IMG/VR virus record: IMGVR_UViG_3300025889_000102
Origin: an uncultured virus (IMG/VR IMGVR_UViG_3300025889_000102)
Taxonomy: Duplodnaviria > Heunggongvirae > Uroviricota > Caudoviricetes
Length of the DNA stretch: 20,000 bases
Reading direction: 5' to 3' (one strand)
Numbering within the stretch: the first letter of the stretch is position 1; every line of letters begins with the position of its first letter. The translations under genes were made by a program, and so were the position numbers. This document shows positions 8,422-17,531 of the stretch, piece by piece. The notes under the pieces were generated by a model. That model did no database searches. It saw only the letters and a list, made by a program, of their open reading frames with translations, and was not told the origin of the DNA.

Positions 8422-8761
8422 AGAAAATACTGAAGAATATATCTTATTCTGGGAAGCACCTAAACTACAAACTTTTGAGTATAGACTTTATTACGATGAA
8501 AAGGGTGAAGTTATTTGTTACTCTACTGAGAAATTACCCGGTAATTTCATAGTAGTTGATAAAGACGTTTTTATAGAGGCTCGACCCGATCTCAGGGTAA
8601 TAGATGGCAAATTATCTAGAGCCATACCTAGCAGAATAGTAAATAAACTCACACCATCAGAAAAAGGCATTAAGTGTTCAGTTGACGATATAAACATATT
8701 AGTGTATGATGATAGTGTGCCTACTCAAAATTGGAAGATAAAAGTTTATGAGCTCAGATGA
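8414..8761 (+). CDS. Hypothetical protein, about 115 aa (start revised from 8315 to the ATG at 8414)
   Basis: The ATG at 8414 overlaps the upstream stop (ATGGCTGA) in the same way as neighbouring junctions. Sequence begins MAEENTEEYILFWEAPK...YRLYYDEKGEVICYS. No family recognised. Confidence 0.65.
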   Translation: MAEENTEEYILFWEAPKLQTFEYRLYYDEKGEVICYSTEKLPGNFIVVDKDVFIEARPDLRVIDGKLSRAIPSRIVNKLTPSEKGIKCSVDDINILVYDDSVPTQNWKIKVYELR

Positions 8762-9698
8762 TATTGTTGACGTAGCAGATTTGGATTGTATATATCTCTC
8801 TTTTGACGAACCGCAGAAAGAAGAATTCTGGCTGAAGTTAAAGAACATGGTTCCTTGGGCCAAGCGAGTTGATGGAGTGAAGGGTAGCGATGCAGCACAT
8901 AAAGCCGCGGGAGAAGCCAGCGATACTGAAAGATTTATTTTAGTTGATGGTGACAATATGCCCGACGAGTCATTTTTTAATATACAACTAGACTTCACTA
9001 AGGTAGATCCTGTCTTCAAGATTGCTCAATACAGATGGAAAGCTACAAATCATATTAATGGGTTAAGATATGGTAATGGTGGAATGAGTAGTTGGACTAA
9101 GACTTATGTAGCAAATATGAAAACTCATGAACATAGCGATGGCGACGAGACAACTACAGTAGACTTTTGTTTAGAAGCCAAAGATAATATTTACTGGGCT
9201 ATGCATGATTGCTATTCTACTACCTATCCTAATTATACTTCTTTTCAGGCTTGGCGTGCAGGATTCCGCGAAGGAGTTAAAATGAGTTTAGACAGGGGAA
9301 AGCGTCCTACTGTAGAAAACTTCAAAGAAAGTGTTGCTAAACGAAACTTCAATAATCTTACCATATGGCAAAATGTAGGTGTAGATGTAGAAAACGGCAT
9401 ATGGGCTATATATGGTTCTAGGTTAGGCACTTACATGACTATGCTTACCGATTGGAATCACTCTGATGTGCAATGGTTTGATAATCTAGCAGAACTGTGG
9501 CAAGATCATAAAGATAAAGATCCAGTCGTAGAAGCAGAAGTGATAGGCACTATTCTAAGAGATAAGTTAGGTTTACCTATCTGCACACTAGACAAAGACC
9601 AAAGTAAATTTTTCAAGCGTCATTACTTAACAGACAAACACAATCTAGGACCTCTAGTTAGAGAAATGGATGTTATAAGACGCATAGAAGGTTGGTAA
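8748..9698 (+). CDS. GT-A fold (GT2-like) glycosyltransferase-like protein, 316 aa
   Basis: DCIYLSFDEP, RVDGVKGSDAAHKAA, RFILVDGDN (DxD), YGNGG and QAWRAGFREGVK in the order expected for a nucleotide-diphospho-sugar transferase fold. Confidence 0.65.
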   Translation: MSSDDIVDVADLDCIYLSFDEPQKEEFWLKLKNMVPWAKRVDGVKGSDAAHKAAGEASDTERFILVDGDNMPDESFFNIQLDFTKVDPVFKIAQYRWKATNHINGLRYGNGGMSSWTKTYVANMKTHEHSDGDETTTVDFCLEAKDNIYWAMHDCYSTTYPNYTSFQAWRAGFREGVKMSLDRGKRPTVENFKESVAKRNFNNLTIWQNVGVDVENGIWAIYGSRLGTYMTMLTDWNHSDVQWFDNLAELWQDHKDKDPVVEAEVIGTILRDKLGLPICTLDKDQSKFFKRHYLTDKHNLGPLVREMDVIRRIEGW

Positions 9699-11098
9699 TG
9701 AGTTACGAAACACAAAGAATTAAAGATATAAAAGTAATAGTAGAACAACAGGCTACTCCCACTTTTTGTCTGGCTAAATGGCATCATGTGACGATGTATC
9801 TACAGTCAGGTGAGACGCACTCATGCTATCATCCCAGACCTCACAAGATACCCTTGAGTGAGTTACAAGATAATCCATCTGCGCTACACAACACTAACGA
9901 AAAGAAACTAGAACGCAAGATGATGTTAGAGGGTAAGAAACCTGAAGGATGTCAATACTGCTGGAACATAGAAGCACTGGGACCTGACTATATCTCGGAT
10001 AGGCATATACGTAATGCATCTATTTTTACTGATGAAAGATTTGAACAAACTGCTAAGGGACCGTGGGATCAAAACATAAATCCAGAGTATCTAGAGATCA
10101 ATTTCGGCAATGAATGTAATTTCAAGTGCGGATATTGTCATCCAAAATATTCTACTAGATTCTATCAAGAGATCAAAGATAACGGCCCAGTAGAGTCTGT
10201 AAAAAATCATAGATGCGACATAGATTGGATGAAGTTATATCAGAGAGAAGAAGAAAATCCATATGTAGACGCTTTCTGGAAATGGTGGCCTGAACTGCGT
10301 AAAACTCTGAATATCATGCGAGTAACAGGTGGCGAACCCACTATGCACAAGAGTACTTGGCAGTTGTTAGATGAATTAGAAAAAGAGCCTATGCCTTGGC
10401 TAGAATTAAACGTGAATAGTAACTTAGGTACTAAAAGTGCTTTGATAGAACGTTTAAGCGAAAAGGTAAAAGACTTAGTTGACTTCAGAAGCATCAAGAG
10501 TTTCAAACTTTTTACTAGTATGGACACCTGGGGACCTCGCGCAGAGTATATAAGAACTGGCTTAGACTTAGAATTATGGGAAAAGAATTTTCATACCTAC
10601 TTGACTAAAACAAACAGTCCCATAACCTTTATGATTACTTTTAATATCTTCTCGGTTACTTCGTTCCAGTCGCTACTAGAAAAAATGTTAGAATGGAGAA
10701 GTATGTACAATTGGTACGATCATCCTGATAATCCTCAGCATAGGGTAAGATTTGATACACCGTATCTAAGAGAGCCAATACAATACGATATCAATATCTT
10801 ACCCAAAGATGAATACATGCCCTATATGTATAAGACTCTAGAATTCATGAAAGATAATGTAGATGATAAGTCTAGCAAGAAATTTAGTACTATTGAGTAT
10901 GAGAAATTTAAAAGAGTTGTAGACTATATGGCTGAAACAGTATATCCAGAAGAAAAATTAATAGAGGGAAGACGAGATTTCTATAACTGGTTCAATGAAC
11001 TAGATGAACGCAGGGGAACAGATATGTTATCTGTATATCCTGAGATGTTAAATTTTTATAGGTTGTGCCAAAAAGCAAACAGAGAAAATCCATTATGA
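9698..11098 (+). CDS. Radical SAM protein with N-terminal twitch/SPASM-like domain, about 466 aa
   Basis: CNFKCGYC (CxxxCxxC), VTGGEP and NSN. N-terminal Cys set FCLAKWHH...SCYH...GCQYC. Likely start is the ATG at 9698 in a TAATG overlap. Confidence 0.9.
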   Translation: MSYETQRIKDIKVIVEQQATPTFCLAKWHHVTMYLQSGETHSCYHPRPHKIPLSELQDNPSALHNTNEKKLERKMMLEGKKPEGCQYCWNIEALGPDYISDRHIRNASIFTDERFEQTAKGPWDQNINPEYLEINFGNECNFKCGYCHPKYSTRFYQEIKDNGPVESVKNHRCDIDWMKLYQREEENPYVDAFWKWWPELRKTLNIMRVTGGEPTMHKSTWQLLDELEKEPMPWLELNVNSNLGTKSALIERLSEKVKDLVDFRSIKSFKLFTSMDTWGPRAEYIRTGLDLELWEKNFHTYLTKTNSPITFMITFNIFSVTSFQSLLEKMLEWRSMYNWYDHPDNPQHRVRFDTPYLREPIQYDINILPKDEYMPYMYKTLEFMKDNVDDKSSKKFSTIEYEKFKRVVDYMAETVYPEEKLIEGRRDFYNWFNELDERRGTDMLSVYPEMLNFYRLCQKANRENPL

Positions 11099-12324
11099 GT
11101 ATAGATAAGAAATACTTGCTAGAAGAAAGCAAAGTATTTTGCATGTTTCCATGGCTACATCTTAATGTAACTCCTAGGGGTGATATATATCCTTGCTGTT
11201 CTAATGACTATCAAAATCCTTTTGGAAACACTAAAGAGATATCTCTTGAGCAAGCATTTAATTCACCTAAGATGAAAGAACTACGACTAGATATGCTTAA
11301 CGATAGAAAAAATTCTATTTGTAATTTTTGTTACAAGCACGAAGAAGCAGGACCTCATAGTTTCAGGAACTATAGTAAAGATAACTTTGCTAAGTATTTT
11401 GATGAGATCGTACCTACAACTCAAGAAGATGGTACTGTTTCAGAATTCAAGATGCGTTATTTTGATATCAGATTTTCAAATATATGTAACTTTAAGTGCA
11501 GGACATGTGGAGCAGAATTTAGCAGTCAATGGGCAGCAGAACACAGAGAAAATTTCGAACCAGATCATCCTATACTATTACACGCAGATGGAGATACTGG
11601 ATCATTGTTGCAAGAAGTTCTAACGCACGTAGAACACATTGATCTAGCATATTTCGCAGGAGGAGAGCCACTTATTACTGACGAGCATTATACTATTCTA
11701 GAAGAAATGATAAGGTTAGGTAGGACAGATACCACACTTAGATATAATACCAATGCTAGCAATATCAAATATAAAAGGCATGATATTCTAGAATTATGGA
11801 AACATTTCAAGAGGGTGGAATTGAGTTGCAGCATAGATCACTATGGCGAGAGAGCAGAATATATACGTAAGGGAACAGATTGGGGTAAAGTAGAAAGTAA
11901 TCTAAAATTATTCCGAGACTTGCCGCAAGTTGATTTTCAAATAAACACCGTTTTATCTCTTTTTAACTACACTACACTAGACGAATTCTATAACTATCTA
12001 AAAAATAGGGATCTAGTGAGGCACTACGATTGGCATCATAGTTTGTATCTAGCGGTTCACCCTATATACTATAGTGCTAAAAGTTTGCCTTTAGACATTA
12101 AATTAGCAGGTTCTTACAGGTTAAATAACTTTATATCACGAAACAAAGAGAGTTTGCCTTTAATTCATAGATTAATTACTTCGGCTATAAGTTTTGCTGA
12201 AGAAAGTAATACATGGGATGAAGCGAAAGAATCATTTTTTGCCCATACAACATCTATGGATAAGATAAGAAATGAAAGTTTCTGGAAAATATTCCCCGAA
12301 TTAAATAGACTGCAAGACTTATGA
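11095..12324 (+). CDS. Radical SAM protein with N-terminal twitch/SPASM-like domain, about 409 aa
   Basis: CNFKCRTC, FAGGEP, YNTN and SID. N-terminal FCMFPWLH...PCC...ICNFC. Likely start is the ATG at 11095 in an ATGA overlap. Confidence 0.9.
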   Translation: MSIDKKYLLEESKVFCMFPWLHLNVTPRGDIYPCCSNDYQNPFGNTKEISLEQAFNSPKMKELRLDMLNDRKNSICNFCYKHEEAGPHSFRNYSKDNFAKYFDEIVPTTQEDGTVSEFKMRYFDIRFSNICNFKCRTCGAEFSSQWAAEHRENFEPDHPILLHADGDTGSLLQEVLTHVEHIDLAYFAGGEPLITDEHYTILEEMIRLGRTDTTLRYNTNASNIKYKRHDILELWKHFKRVELSCSIDHYGERAEYIRKGTDWGKVESNLKLFRDLPQVDFQINTVLSLFNYTTLDEFYNYLKNRDLVRHYDWHHSLYLAVHPIYYSAKSLPLDIKLAGSYRLNNFISRNKESLPLIHRLITSAISFAEESNTWDEAKESFFAHTTSMDKIRNESFWKIFPELNRLQDL

Positions 12325-13616
12325 GTATAAACAAAGATAAAATAGAAAAATTGTTGAAAGAAGGTAAGCATTTTTGTGTTTTGCCTTGGATACATTTTCA
12401 TGCTTGGCCTAACAAAAACGTATTACCTTGTTGCATAGCAGATAGTTCTAGTCCTGTATCTAAAACTCCTTCAGGAGATGAAACGATATTAGATATGATG
12501 AACTCTGAACAATACAAAGAAGTTCGCCTCGCTATGCTTGAAGATGCCCCACTAGACATATGTAAGAGATGTTATGATGTAGAAGAGTTAGGTACTTGGA
12601 CTATGCGTCAAAGTCATAATACTAGACGGGGAGAAGAATATCTAGACTATATCGCGGAAACAACCAATGAAGATGGGTCATTGAATGAATTCAAGATGGC
12701 TTACATGGACATCAGATTTAGTAATCTATGTAACATGAAGTGCAGGAGTTGCGGGCCAGACTGTTCTAGTCAATGGGCACAAGAATACTCTAGTCTTTGC
12801 AACAACAATAAAGATGAACTATGGGATAAACATAGGATAGACAAGATTATTATCAATAACAACGATGATAACACGTTCTTACCAAAATTAAAAGAGCATT
12901 TAAAAGACGTTCAAGAAGTTTATTTCGCGGGCGGTGAAATCATTATCCAGCCTGAACATTATGAATGTTTAGACTATTGGATAGACAATAACTTAAATGA
13001 GCAAGTAGAACTAACGTATACTACTAATTTTTCTACACTACAGTATAAGAAAGATTCTAACTTGATAGGCTACTGGAAAAAATTCCCTAAATTACAAATA
13101 TGGGCTAGTCTCGACGGCGGGGGCAAACATGCCGAAGTCATACGTAAGGGAACAGATTGGGATAAAATTATCAACAACATTAAAATGGTAAAACAAGAAG
13201 TCCCTCATGCTAAATTTCAAATCACTCCCACTATTAGTATATGGAATGTATTTCAATTTCCTGATTTCTTTGACGAGTTAGTTGATCAACAACTAATAGA
13301 TATCAATGAAGATTCTGCACCTAGAATCAATCTTTTAACATATCCTTGGTGGGCAAATTTACAGATACTACCACAAAAAACAAGATATAAATTAGCAGAA
13401 CGTTACAAAATATCTAGGGAACGTTATAAAAATAATGTACATATCGCTAATGGATTTAAGATGCTAGTATATGCTTTGTATGAAGGTAAAGAGAATTTAG
13501 ATGGCATAAAGCAATTCATGAGAGAGAACAACAGAGTAGATGAAGTAAGATCGGAAAGATTATTAGATGTTATTCCACAACTAGAGGAAGTATATAAATG
13601 GGCACAAGAAAATTAA
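12321..13616 (+). CDS. Radical SAM protein with N-terminal twitch/SPASM-like domain, 431 aa
   Basis: CNMKCRSC, FAGGEI, YTTN and SLD. N-terminal FCVLPWIH...PCC...ICKRC. ATGA overlap; clear paralogue of the preceding gene. Confidence 0.9.
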   Translation: MSINKDKIEKLLKEGKHFCVLPWIHFHAWPNKNVLPCCIADSSSPVSKTPSGDETILDMMNSEQYKEVRLAMLEDAPLDICKRCYDVEELGTWTMRQSHNTRRGEEYLDYIAETTNEDGSLNEFKMAYMDIRFSNLCNMKCRSCGPDCSSQWAQEYSSLCNNNKDELWDKHRIDKIIINNNDDNTFLPKLKEHLKDVQEVYFAGGEIIIQPEHYECLDYWIDNNLNEQVELTYTTNFSTLQYKKDSNLIGYWKKFPKLQIWASLDGGGKHAEVIRKGTDWDKIINNIKMVKQEVPHAKFQITPTISIWNVFQFPDFFDELVDQQLIDINEDSAPRINLLTYPWWANLQILPQKTRYKLAERYKISRERYKNNVHIANGFKMLVYALYEGKENLDGIKQFMRENNRVDEVRSERLLDVIPQLEEVYKWAQEN

Positions 13617-14566
13617 TTGAGATTTTCGCGCCAGAGCCATATGTTTCGATAACTTGGCAAGTGAATAATTTTTGCAATTATCAATGCAGTTATTGTAATC
13701 CCGGCAATTGGGGTGGAACAGAGTTAAACGAGGGTAGTCTGGATCTTTATCACAAGAATCTAGAAATCATTGTTAATAGATACATTGAAGCGGGTTATAA
13801 AAACTTTAAGTTTTTCTTTTCAGGAGGTGAACCAACTGCTTGGCCCAACTTTATACCTATATGTGAACGATTACATGAAAAATTACCTCACGCTACTTTA
13901 GCGGTAAACACTAATTTGTCTAGACCACTAGCATGGTGGAAGAAACATTATCATTTGTTTGATGATATAGTTGCTAGTTTTCACATAGAATTCGCAAATA
14001 AAGACCGCTACGAAGAAAACAGTATTTTCTTATGCGATAAAGTAAATTATTTAAGCACTAAGATGTTGTTGCACGATGAGAGATTCTGGGAAGTTGTGGA
14101 GTATGGGAACTATTTGAAAACAGTAATGCCTAACTATTTCTTAGAATGGACTCCCTTATACGATGAAATGACTGCTAATACAGGACCATGGCATTATAGT
14201 GATCCTGATAAAGTAAAATTTATAGAAGAAAATACTACAGATCAGAAACAAACATTACCTAAACCTGATAAACGTGCCGATACTGCTAGTTTCGTGAGAT
14301 ATGATGATGGATATTCTACACATTGCAATAGTAACGAAGTAATAGTAAAAGGATATAACTACTTCACAGATTGGACTTGTAATGTAGGAGACTGTATTTT
14401 TATTAATCCTACAGGAGAAATGAGTCTAGCAAGTTGCGGTCAGGGAGGAGTTATAGGACATATTTTAAATGATGTGTCTAGGGTAGGACCTAAACAAATA
14501 ACTTGCAAAAAAGAATACTGCCATTGCGGTACAGATATTATCATACCAAAATTCCTGAATAAATAG
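13598..14566 (+). CDS. Radical SAM protein with C-terminal Cys-rich (twitch-like) domain, 322 aa
   Basis: CNYQCSYC near the N-terminus, FSGGEP and NTN. C-terminal WTCNVG...SCG...TCKKEYCHCGTD. GAGG RBS upstream. Confidence 0.88.
   Translation: MGTRKLIEIFAPEPYVSITWQVNNFCNYQCSYCNPGNWGGTELNEGSLDLYHKNLEIIVNRYIEAGYKNFKFFFSGGEPTAWPNFIPICERLHEKLPHATLAVNTNLSRPLAWWKKHYHLFDDIVASFHIEFANKDRYEENSIFLCDKVNYLSTKMLLHDERFWEVVEYGNYLKTVMPNYFLEWTPLYDEMTANTGPWHYSDPDKVKFIEENTTDQKQTLPKPDKRADTASFVRYDDGYSTHCNSNEVIVKGYNYFTDWTCNVGDCIFINPTGEMSLASCGQGGVIGHILNDVSRVGPKQITCKKEYCHCGTDIIIPKFLNK
14558..14565 (+). promoter_or_regulatory. Putative T4-type late promoter (AATAAATA)
   Basis: 7/8 match to the consensus, overlapping the end of the fourth radical SAM gene and 25 nt before the epimerase ATG, with AGGT in between. 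Confidence 0.5.
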
Positions 14567-14590
14567 TAAATTGAAACACAGGTAAGTACG

Positions 14591-15568
14591 ATGAAAAAGA
14601 TATTAGTTTGCGGGGCCGGTGGATTTATAGGACATCATTTAGTCAAGCACCTAAAAAATCAAGGACATAAAGTATTTGGGGTAGACTTAAAATTTCCTAG
14701 ATACGAAGAAACGGCAGCAGATACATTTATCATATCAGATTTAAGACACCCTGAATTAGCTAAATCTTTAGTAAAAATGGGCTTCGATCAGATTTATCAG
14801 TTCGCTGCGGATATGGGCGGTGCTGGGTATGTGTTTACCGGTGATAACGATGCGGATATCATGCACAACTCTTGTTTAATTAATTTAAATATGCTACATG
14901 CTATGAAAGAAGAACAAAGTAAATCTAGAATATTATATACTTCTAGCGCATGCGGGTATCCTAGTCATAATCAAACAGATCCAGACAATCCTTTATTAGA
15001 AGAATCTTCTATGTATCCTGCTAATCCTGACAGCAACTATGGGTGGGAGAAGATATATAGTGAGAGATTGTACGAAAGTTATCATAGAAACTATGACATA
15101 GATGTTAGAATAGTTAGACTCCATAATGTATTCGGCCCATTAGGAACTTGGAATAATGGCAGAGAAAAAGCACCTGCTGCTATATGCAGGAAAGTGTCTA
15201 TGAGTGAAGGTACTGTAGAAATATGGGGTCCCGGTAATCAAACAAGAAGTTTCTTGTATATCGATGAATGTCTAGAGGGTCTGACTAGAATGATGAACGG
15301 TGATTTTATAGGTCCGGTTAATCTAGGTAGTACTAGGATGATATCTATTAATGATCTAACTAAACTAGTCGCAAATATCGCAGGAAAAGAAATTACGATA
15401 AACAATGTACCCGGACCAGTAGGAGTCATGGGACGCAATAGCGACAACAGATTAATACAAGAGAAATTAGGCTGGAGCCCAGCAGATAATCTAGAACAGG
15501 GATTGAAAGAAACTTACGATTGGATAGATAATTTAGTTAAAAATAATATTCAAGATTATGACTCATAA
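14591..15568 (+). CDS. NAD-dependent nucleotide-sugar epimerase, GDP-mannose 3',5'-epimerase-like SDR, 325 aa
   Basis: GAGGFIG Rossmann motif, AADMGG, SSAC, YGWEK (YxxxK), HNVFGP.GTW..GREKAPAAICRK and WGPGNQTRSF. These are the signature segments of the GME subfamily. Confidence 0.88.
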   Translation: MKKILVCGAGGFIGHHLVKHLKNQGHKVFGVDLKFPRYEETAADTFIISDLRHPELAKSLVKMGFDQIYQFAADMGGAGYVFTGDNDADIMHNSCLINLNMLHAMKEEQSKSRILYTSSACGYPSHNQTDPDNPLLEESSMYPANPDSNYGWEKIYSERLYESYHRNYDIDVRIVRLHNVFGPLGTWNNGREKAPAAICRKVSMSEGTVEIWGPGNQTRSFLYIDECLEGLTRMMNGDFIGPVNLGSTRMISINDLTKLVANIAGKEITINNVPGPVGVMGRNSDNRLIQEKLGWSPADNLEQGLKETYDWIDNLVKNNIQDYDS

Positions 15569-17480
15569 AGTTAGTTTTGTTAATCCCAACTTTCAGCAAG
15601 GACCTACTGAATTCAATGCTTATTACTTGCCATATAGCCCTGGAGTTTTATGGTCCTATGCTAATCAATTTGCTCATATATCTGATAATTTTGAATTAGG
15701 TGATTTCATCTGGCGTAGAGATTCTATCAAAGAAGTAGTTAATCTGTTAAAAGACAATGCTCTAGTAGGTTTCTCTACTTATATATGGAATAGAAACTAC
15801 TGTAACGTAATCGCTAGAGAATTGAAAAAAGCAAATCCAGATATTATAATTGTTCAGGGTGGACCAGAACCACCTATAGAAGACAAAAACTTCTTTGAAC
15901 GTTTCCCCTATATAGATTTAGTAGTAAAGCAAGAGGGTGAGATTACTTTTAAAAGAATATTAGAAAATATTTTGATGAAAGAAGATTTCGCTAACATACC
16001 GGGCTTACTAGTAAATGATGGCGGTAAAATTTTTGATACTGGGGTAAGTGCTAGAATAGAAAATCTAGACGATATACCTAGTCCTTATCTGACTGGAGTA
16101 TTCGACAAGTTGATGAAACAGCACCCAGATGTTACTTGGAATGCTATTCTTGAAAGTAATAGGGGTTGTCCATATCAATGCACATTTTGTGATTGGGGAA
16201 GTCTAACTTACAACAAAGTCAAGAAATTTGAATTAGATAGAGTTTTAGAAGAACTAGAATGGGCCGGCAGCCGGAAAACAGATTTTATTAGTTTTACAGA
16301 TGCTAATTTTGGTATATTCCCAGATAGAGACATGATCATAGCAGACAAGTTAATAGAAATTCAAAAGAATTATGACAGTCCTAAGGCATATACATTTTCT
16401 TGGGCTAAGAATCAAAAGAAAGAAGTAGTAGAGATAGTTAGAAAATTAATATATGAGGGCGGATCTAGAATGGGTCTAACATTGTCTGTACAATCTATGG
16501 ACGATAATGTGTTGTCTATTATTAAAAGAAGAAATCTTGATACAAACAAAATTTCAGAAGTTTTTGATCTTTGTGAAGAATATGATATACCATTATATAC
16601 TGAACTTATTTTAGGTCTTCCAGGTGAAACACTAGAAACTTGGAAAGAAAATTTTTATAAATTGTACAAAGCAGGTAATCATACAGGTGTAACAGTTTAT
16701 CAAGCACAGTTATTAGAAAATGCTGAAATGAATCTAACACAAAAAAATCCTTTCGAGATAAAAGGTAGTATAGTATACGACTATCTGATAGGTTCTAACA
16801 ATGAAGCAGAACTTGAAGAAGGAATAGAAGTAGTAGTTTCTACTAAAGATATGCCTAGAGAAAAGATGCTAGATGCACAAGTATGGAGTTGGTTTCAAAA
16901 TACGTTTCATATAAATGGTATGACTAACTATTTGTCTAGATTTTTATACAAGAAGTACAACATAGAATATAGTGACTTCTATGAGAAATTATTTGAAGCA
17001 GTACAAAAAGATGAATGGTTAAAATCAGAGATAGACAGAGTTAGAAATGCTTACGAAAATTGGACCAAAGCAGGAAAGATAGATCATCCCTTAGAACAGG
17101 GTATTGCTATACACGGATGGAATATAGTACATAGCACTATGATAATGATTCATAGCAGAGACAAACATAGAGATATATTCAAGTTTTTAAGAAATTTCGT
17201 AAAAGAAACTTATGATTTTCCCGAAGACATATATGAAGATTTGATGACTCTTCAAGAAAATTACTTTATCGATTATACACAATTGAAACAATATCCTAGA
17301 AAAGTAAAATTTAATAATGATATAATAGGCTATCTAGTTTTTGATAAAGACTTAAACAATAGTGCTGAATATGAATTTGAATTTCCAGAAGATAAGAATT
17401 CTTCTCTAATGAAGTATTGTGAACAAATATACATGGCTAGAAGAAGAAATTACGGAAAAGCCATGATATCTCAAGTATAA
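15558..17480 (+). CDS. Cobalamin (B12)-binding radical SAM protein, 640 aa
   Basis: N-terminal B12-binding-like domain (VGFSTYIWN, GGPEP, EGEITF), then PSPY, ESNRGCPYQCTFC, DANFG, SVQS and ELILGLPGET. Confidence 0.9.
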   Translation: MTHKVSFVNPNFQQGPTEFNAYYLPYSPGVLWSYANQFAHISDNFELGDFIWRRDSIKEVVNLLKDNALVGFSTYIWNRNYCNVIARELKKANPDIIIVQGGPEPPIEDKNFFERFPYIDLVVKQEGEITFKRILENILMKEDFANIPGLLVNDGGKIFDTGVSARIENLDDIPSPYLTGVFDKLMKQHPDVTWNAILESNRGCPYQCTFCDWGSLTYNKVKKFELDRVLEELEWAGSRKTDFISFTDANFGIFPDRDMIIADKLIEIQKNYDSPKAYTFSWAKNQKKEVVEIVRKLIYEGGSRMGLTLSVQSMDDNVLSIIKRRNLDTNKISEVFDLCEEYDIPLYTELILGLPGETLETWKENFYKLYKAGNHTGVTVYQAQLLENAEMNLTQKNPFEIKGSIVYDYLIGSNNEAELEEGIEVVVSTKDMPREKMLDAQVWSWFQNTFHINGMTNYLSRFLYKKYNIEYSDFYEKLFEAVQKDEWLKSEIDRVRNAYENWTKAGKIDHPLEQGIAIHGWNIVHSTMIMIHSRDKHRDIFKFLRNFVKETYDFPEDIYEDLMTLQENYFIDYTQLKQYPRKVKFNNDIIGYLVFDKDLNNSAEYEFEFPEDKNSSLMKYCEQIYMARRRNYGKAMISQV

Positions 17481-17500
17481 TTTCCAACCATCATTTCGAT

Positions 17501-17508
17501 TATAAATA
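17501..17508 (+). promoter_or_regulatory. T4-type late promoter, perfect TATAAATA
   Basis: Exact consensus in the 51-nt gap, followed by a GAGGA RBS (17520-17524) and the GTG at 17532. Confidence 0.75.
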
Positions 17509-17531
17509 TTTCGTCATAAGAGGATAATATA

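Noticed and set aside
8315..11094. Track start positions 8315, 9692 and 11065
   Set aside because: Downstream ATGs at 8414, 9698 and 11095 give the short stop/start overlaps seen throughout the operon and avoid long overlaps or TTG/GTG starts.
13598..14566. Viperin-, MoaA- or QueE-like identity for the fourth radical SAM enzyme
   Set aside because: CNYxCxYC and FSGGEP are generic. I could not see the family-specific downstream motifs, and no moa or que/dpd partner genes are in the window.
14564..14569. TAG followed by TAA as a sign of amber recoding
   Set aside because: All genes read intact under the standard code with no in-frame TAG or TGA interruptions, so nothing here supports recoding.
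1700..15447. Minus-strand ORFs in the track (1700, 2684, 5257, 5289, 8699, 9245, 10240, 12165, 15238) and the + strand ORF 11387..11623
   Set aside because: All lie within or across long, motif-bearing + strand genes and show no recognisable features; they are best explained as shadow ORFs.
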